DNA of 63,933 nucleotides, filler included, from Octopus bimaculoides (Eukaryota): NCBI RefSeq assembly GCF_001194135.2. It is 6 parts of 5 records of this genome, joined end to end, with 100 filler letters (N's around TTAATTAATTAA, not from the genome) between each part and the next. Parts side by side here need not be neighbours in the genome. Positions count along the whole stretch, not along the records: positions 61,725 to 63,933 come from NW_026380770.1; 5 more parts are not named here. One strand, written 5' to 3'. The translations under genes were made by a program, and so were the position numbers. Shown one piece after another: positions 62,638-63,933 of this stretch (its first letter is position 1; the number at the start of each line of letters is the position of its first letter). A model generated the notes under the pieces. It did no database searches, was not told where the DNA came from, and saw only the letters and a list, made by a program, of their open reading frames with translations.

Positions 62638-63933
62638 GAGTTATTGAAGATGTCATGGAAAAAGAATTGTTTAAAGAAGAGAATCTGAAGCTAGAGAAGA
62701 AAACGAAAACGGAGGAGTTGAATAATAAAGAAGAAGAATCAGAAACAGGGAAGGAAAATAAAGAAAGAAAGCACACAGGAATAAATGCGTAGCTGGTTGT
62801 AACACAAGCGTAGCAAAAGCATAGCGTAGCATAACATAACGAAATATATGCATTGTGTAGTTTATAATATATAATAATATGTTTAATGATGCATTATGTT
62901 TGAAACATGAATTATGAAGATAAACACACGCTAAAAAACATACATAACAGTCCAAAACCACCCACCAATCCCTAACCAAACCCTAAAACGAAATCCCAAC
63001 ATGCATCACTCAAAACGTTTATGCTTATTAAGTATTAAATAGGTGTTAAAAATAATACATTTTTGTGATCATTAATTGTTAAGTACGTGTTAGATATGAA
63101 AATATATGGTTGTTAAGTGTTAAGTGTGTGCTAAATAAAAAATATACTGTTGTTAAGTATTAAGCATGTATAAAATATAAATATATATTGTTGTTAAGTG
63201 TTCAGTAAGTGTTGAATATATATATATATTCACACAAAAAAGTGTTTACGCTTATTAAATGTTTATGTTTCTTAAAAAAATTAGACGAAGGATAAGAAGC
63301 TAAAGAACAAAAAATAGTAGAACAAGAGAAACAAGAAGGAGGAGGGATATAAGAACGAGAAAGAAGAGGAGGCGGAGAAGAATTGAAGAAAAGATAGAAG
63401 TAAAGGGTGTAAAAGTAATGCGAGAAGAAAACGGAGGAGGAGGTAAGGAGAAGATAAAGAAAAAGAAAATGGAGAAGAAGGTGTAAAAGAAAATGAAGAA
63501 AAAGAGGAAATTGAGAAGAAAAGAAATTAAATGTTAAGTAGGTGTTAAATATAAACATATTATCATAAAAATTTAAAATATGTTTATTAAGTGTTAAATA
63601 GGTGTTAAAAATAATACATTTTTATGGTCGTTAATTGTTAAATACATGTTAAACTCATGGTTATTGAGCGTTAAGTAGGTGTTAAACAGACTGTAAGGGT
63701 ATTTGACAGACACTCCTAGGTAAATGGTTAATGAAAAGTAGATGATCATTCGAAAGTATTTGCATACAATAGTGATATATGCGTGTAGGTAAATATGTAT
63801 ATACGTTTTCGCACCACAGAAATCAAGTATGTATATATGTGTATGCGTATTATACGTAATATATTTAATTTGAGTGTCAATAACTATGTGTACGATTGCC
63901 AGTTACAAATACTGTGTATGTGTGTAAGTATAT

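Noticed and set aside
62156-62776. Long poly-E, poly-R and poly-F ORFs
   Set aside because: These are translations of a (GAA)n microsatellite.
45-63558. Most ORFs in the supplied track (YIYI, CVCV, THTH, LSIY and X-run proteins)
   Set aside because: They are products of (TA)n, (CA)n and (GATA)n repeats or of N gaps.

Overview
Eukaryotic, AT-rich (coleoid cephalopod, very likely Octopus) draft-assembly window dominated by microsatellites, SINEs and decayed transposons, with many N gaps. Five of the gaps are fixed 100-bp spacers carrying an artificial TTAATTAATTAA linker, so contiguity across them is unproven. The taxon call rests on a cytochrome b NUMT read with the invertebrate mitochondrial code and on octopus-type tRNA-derived SINEs; the species cannot be fixed from sequence alone. 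Host genes, both on the minus strand: (1) one coding exon of a HOPX-like atypical homeodomain gene (9888-10055); (2) three, probably four, 3' exons of an AKAP1/spoonbill-like Tudor protein (32109-31962, 30911-30844, 30566-30430, probably 29256-29200). A dense E2F/YY1/ETS/NRF1 motif cluster at about 54.9 kb looks like a housekeeping promoter. Mobile DNA includes three mariner copies (one full length), hAT MITEs, two Penelope-like GIY-YIG fragments, R4-like and HERO-like non-LTR remnants and several SINE families. The most notable signal not explained by the ORF track is a set of hammerhead ribozyme motifs of Penelope type. One (43472-43607) has an intact catalytic core and a stem II extended into a rod of about 105 nt. 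Almost all ORFs in the supplied track are microsatellite or N-gap artefacts. No CRISPR, rRNA or genuine tRNA genes were seen.
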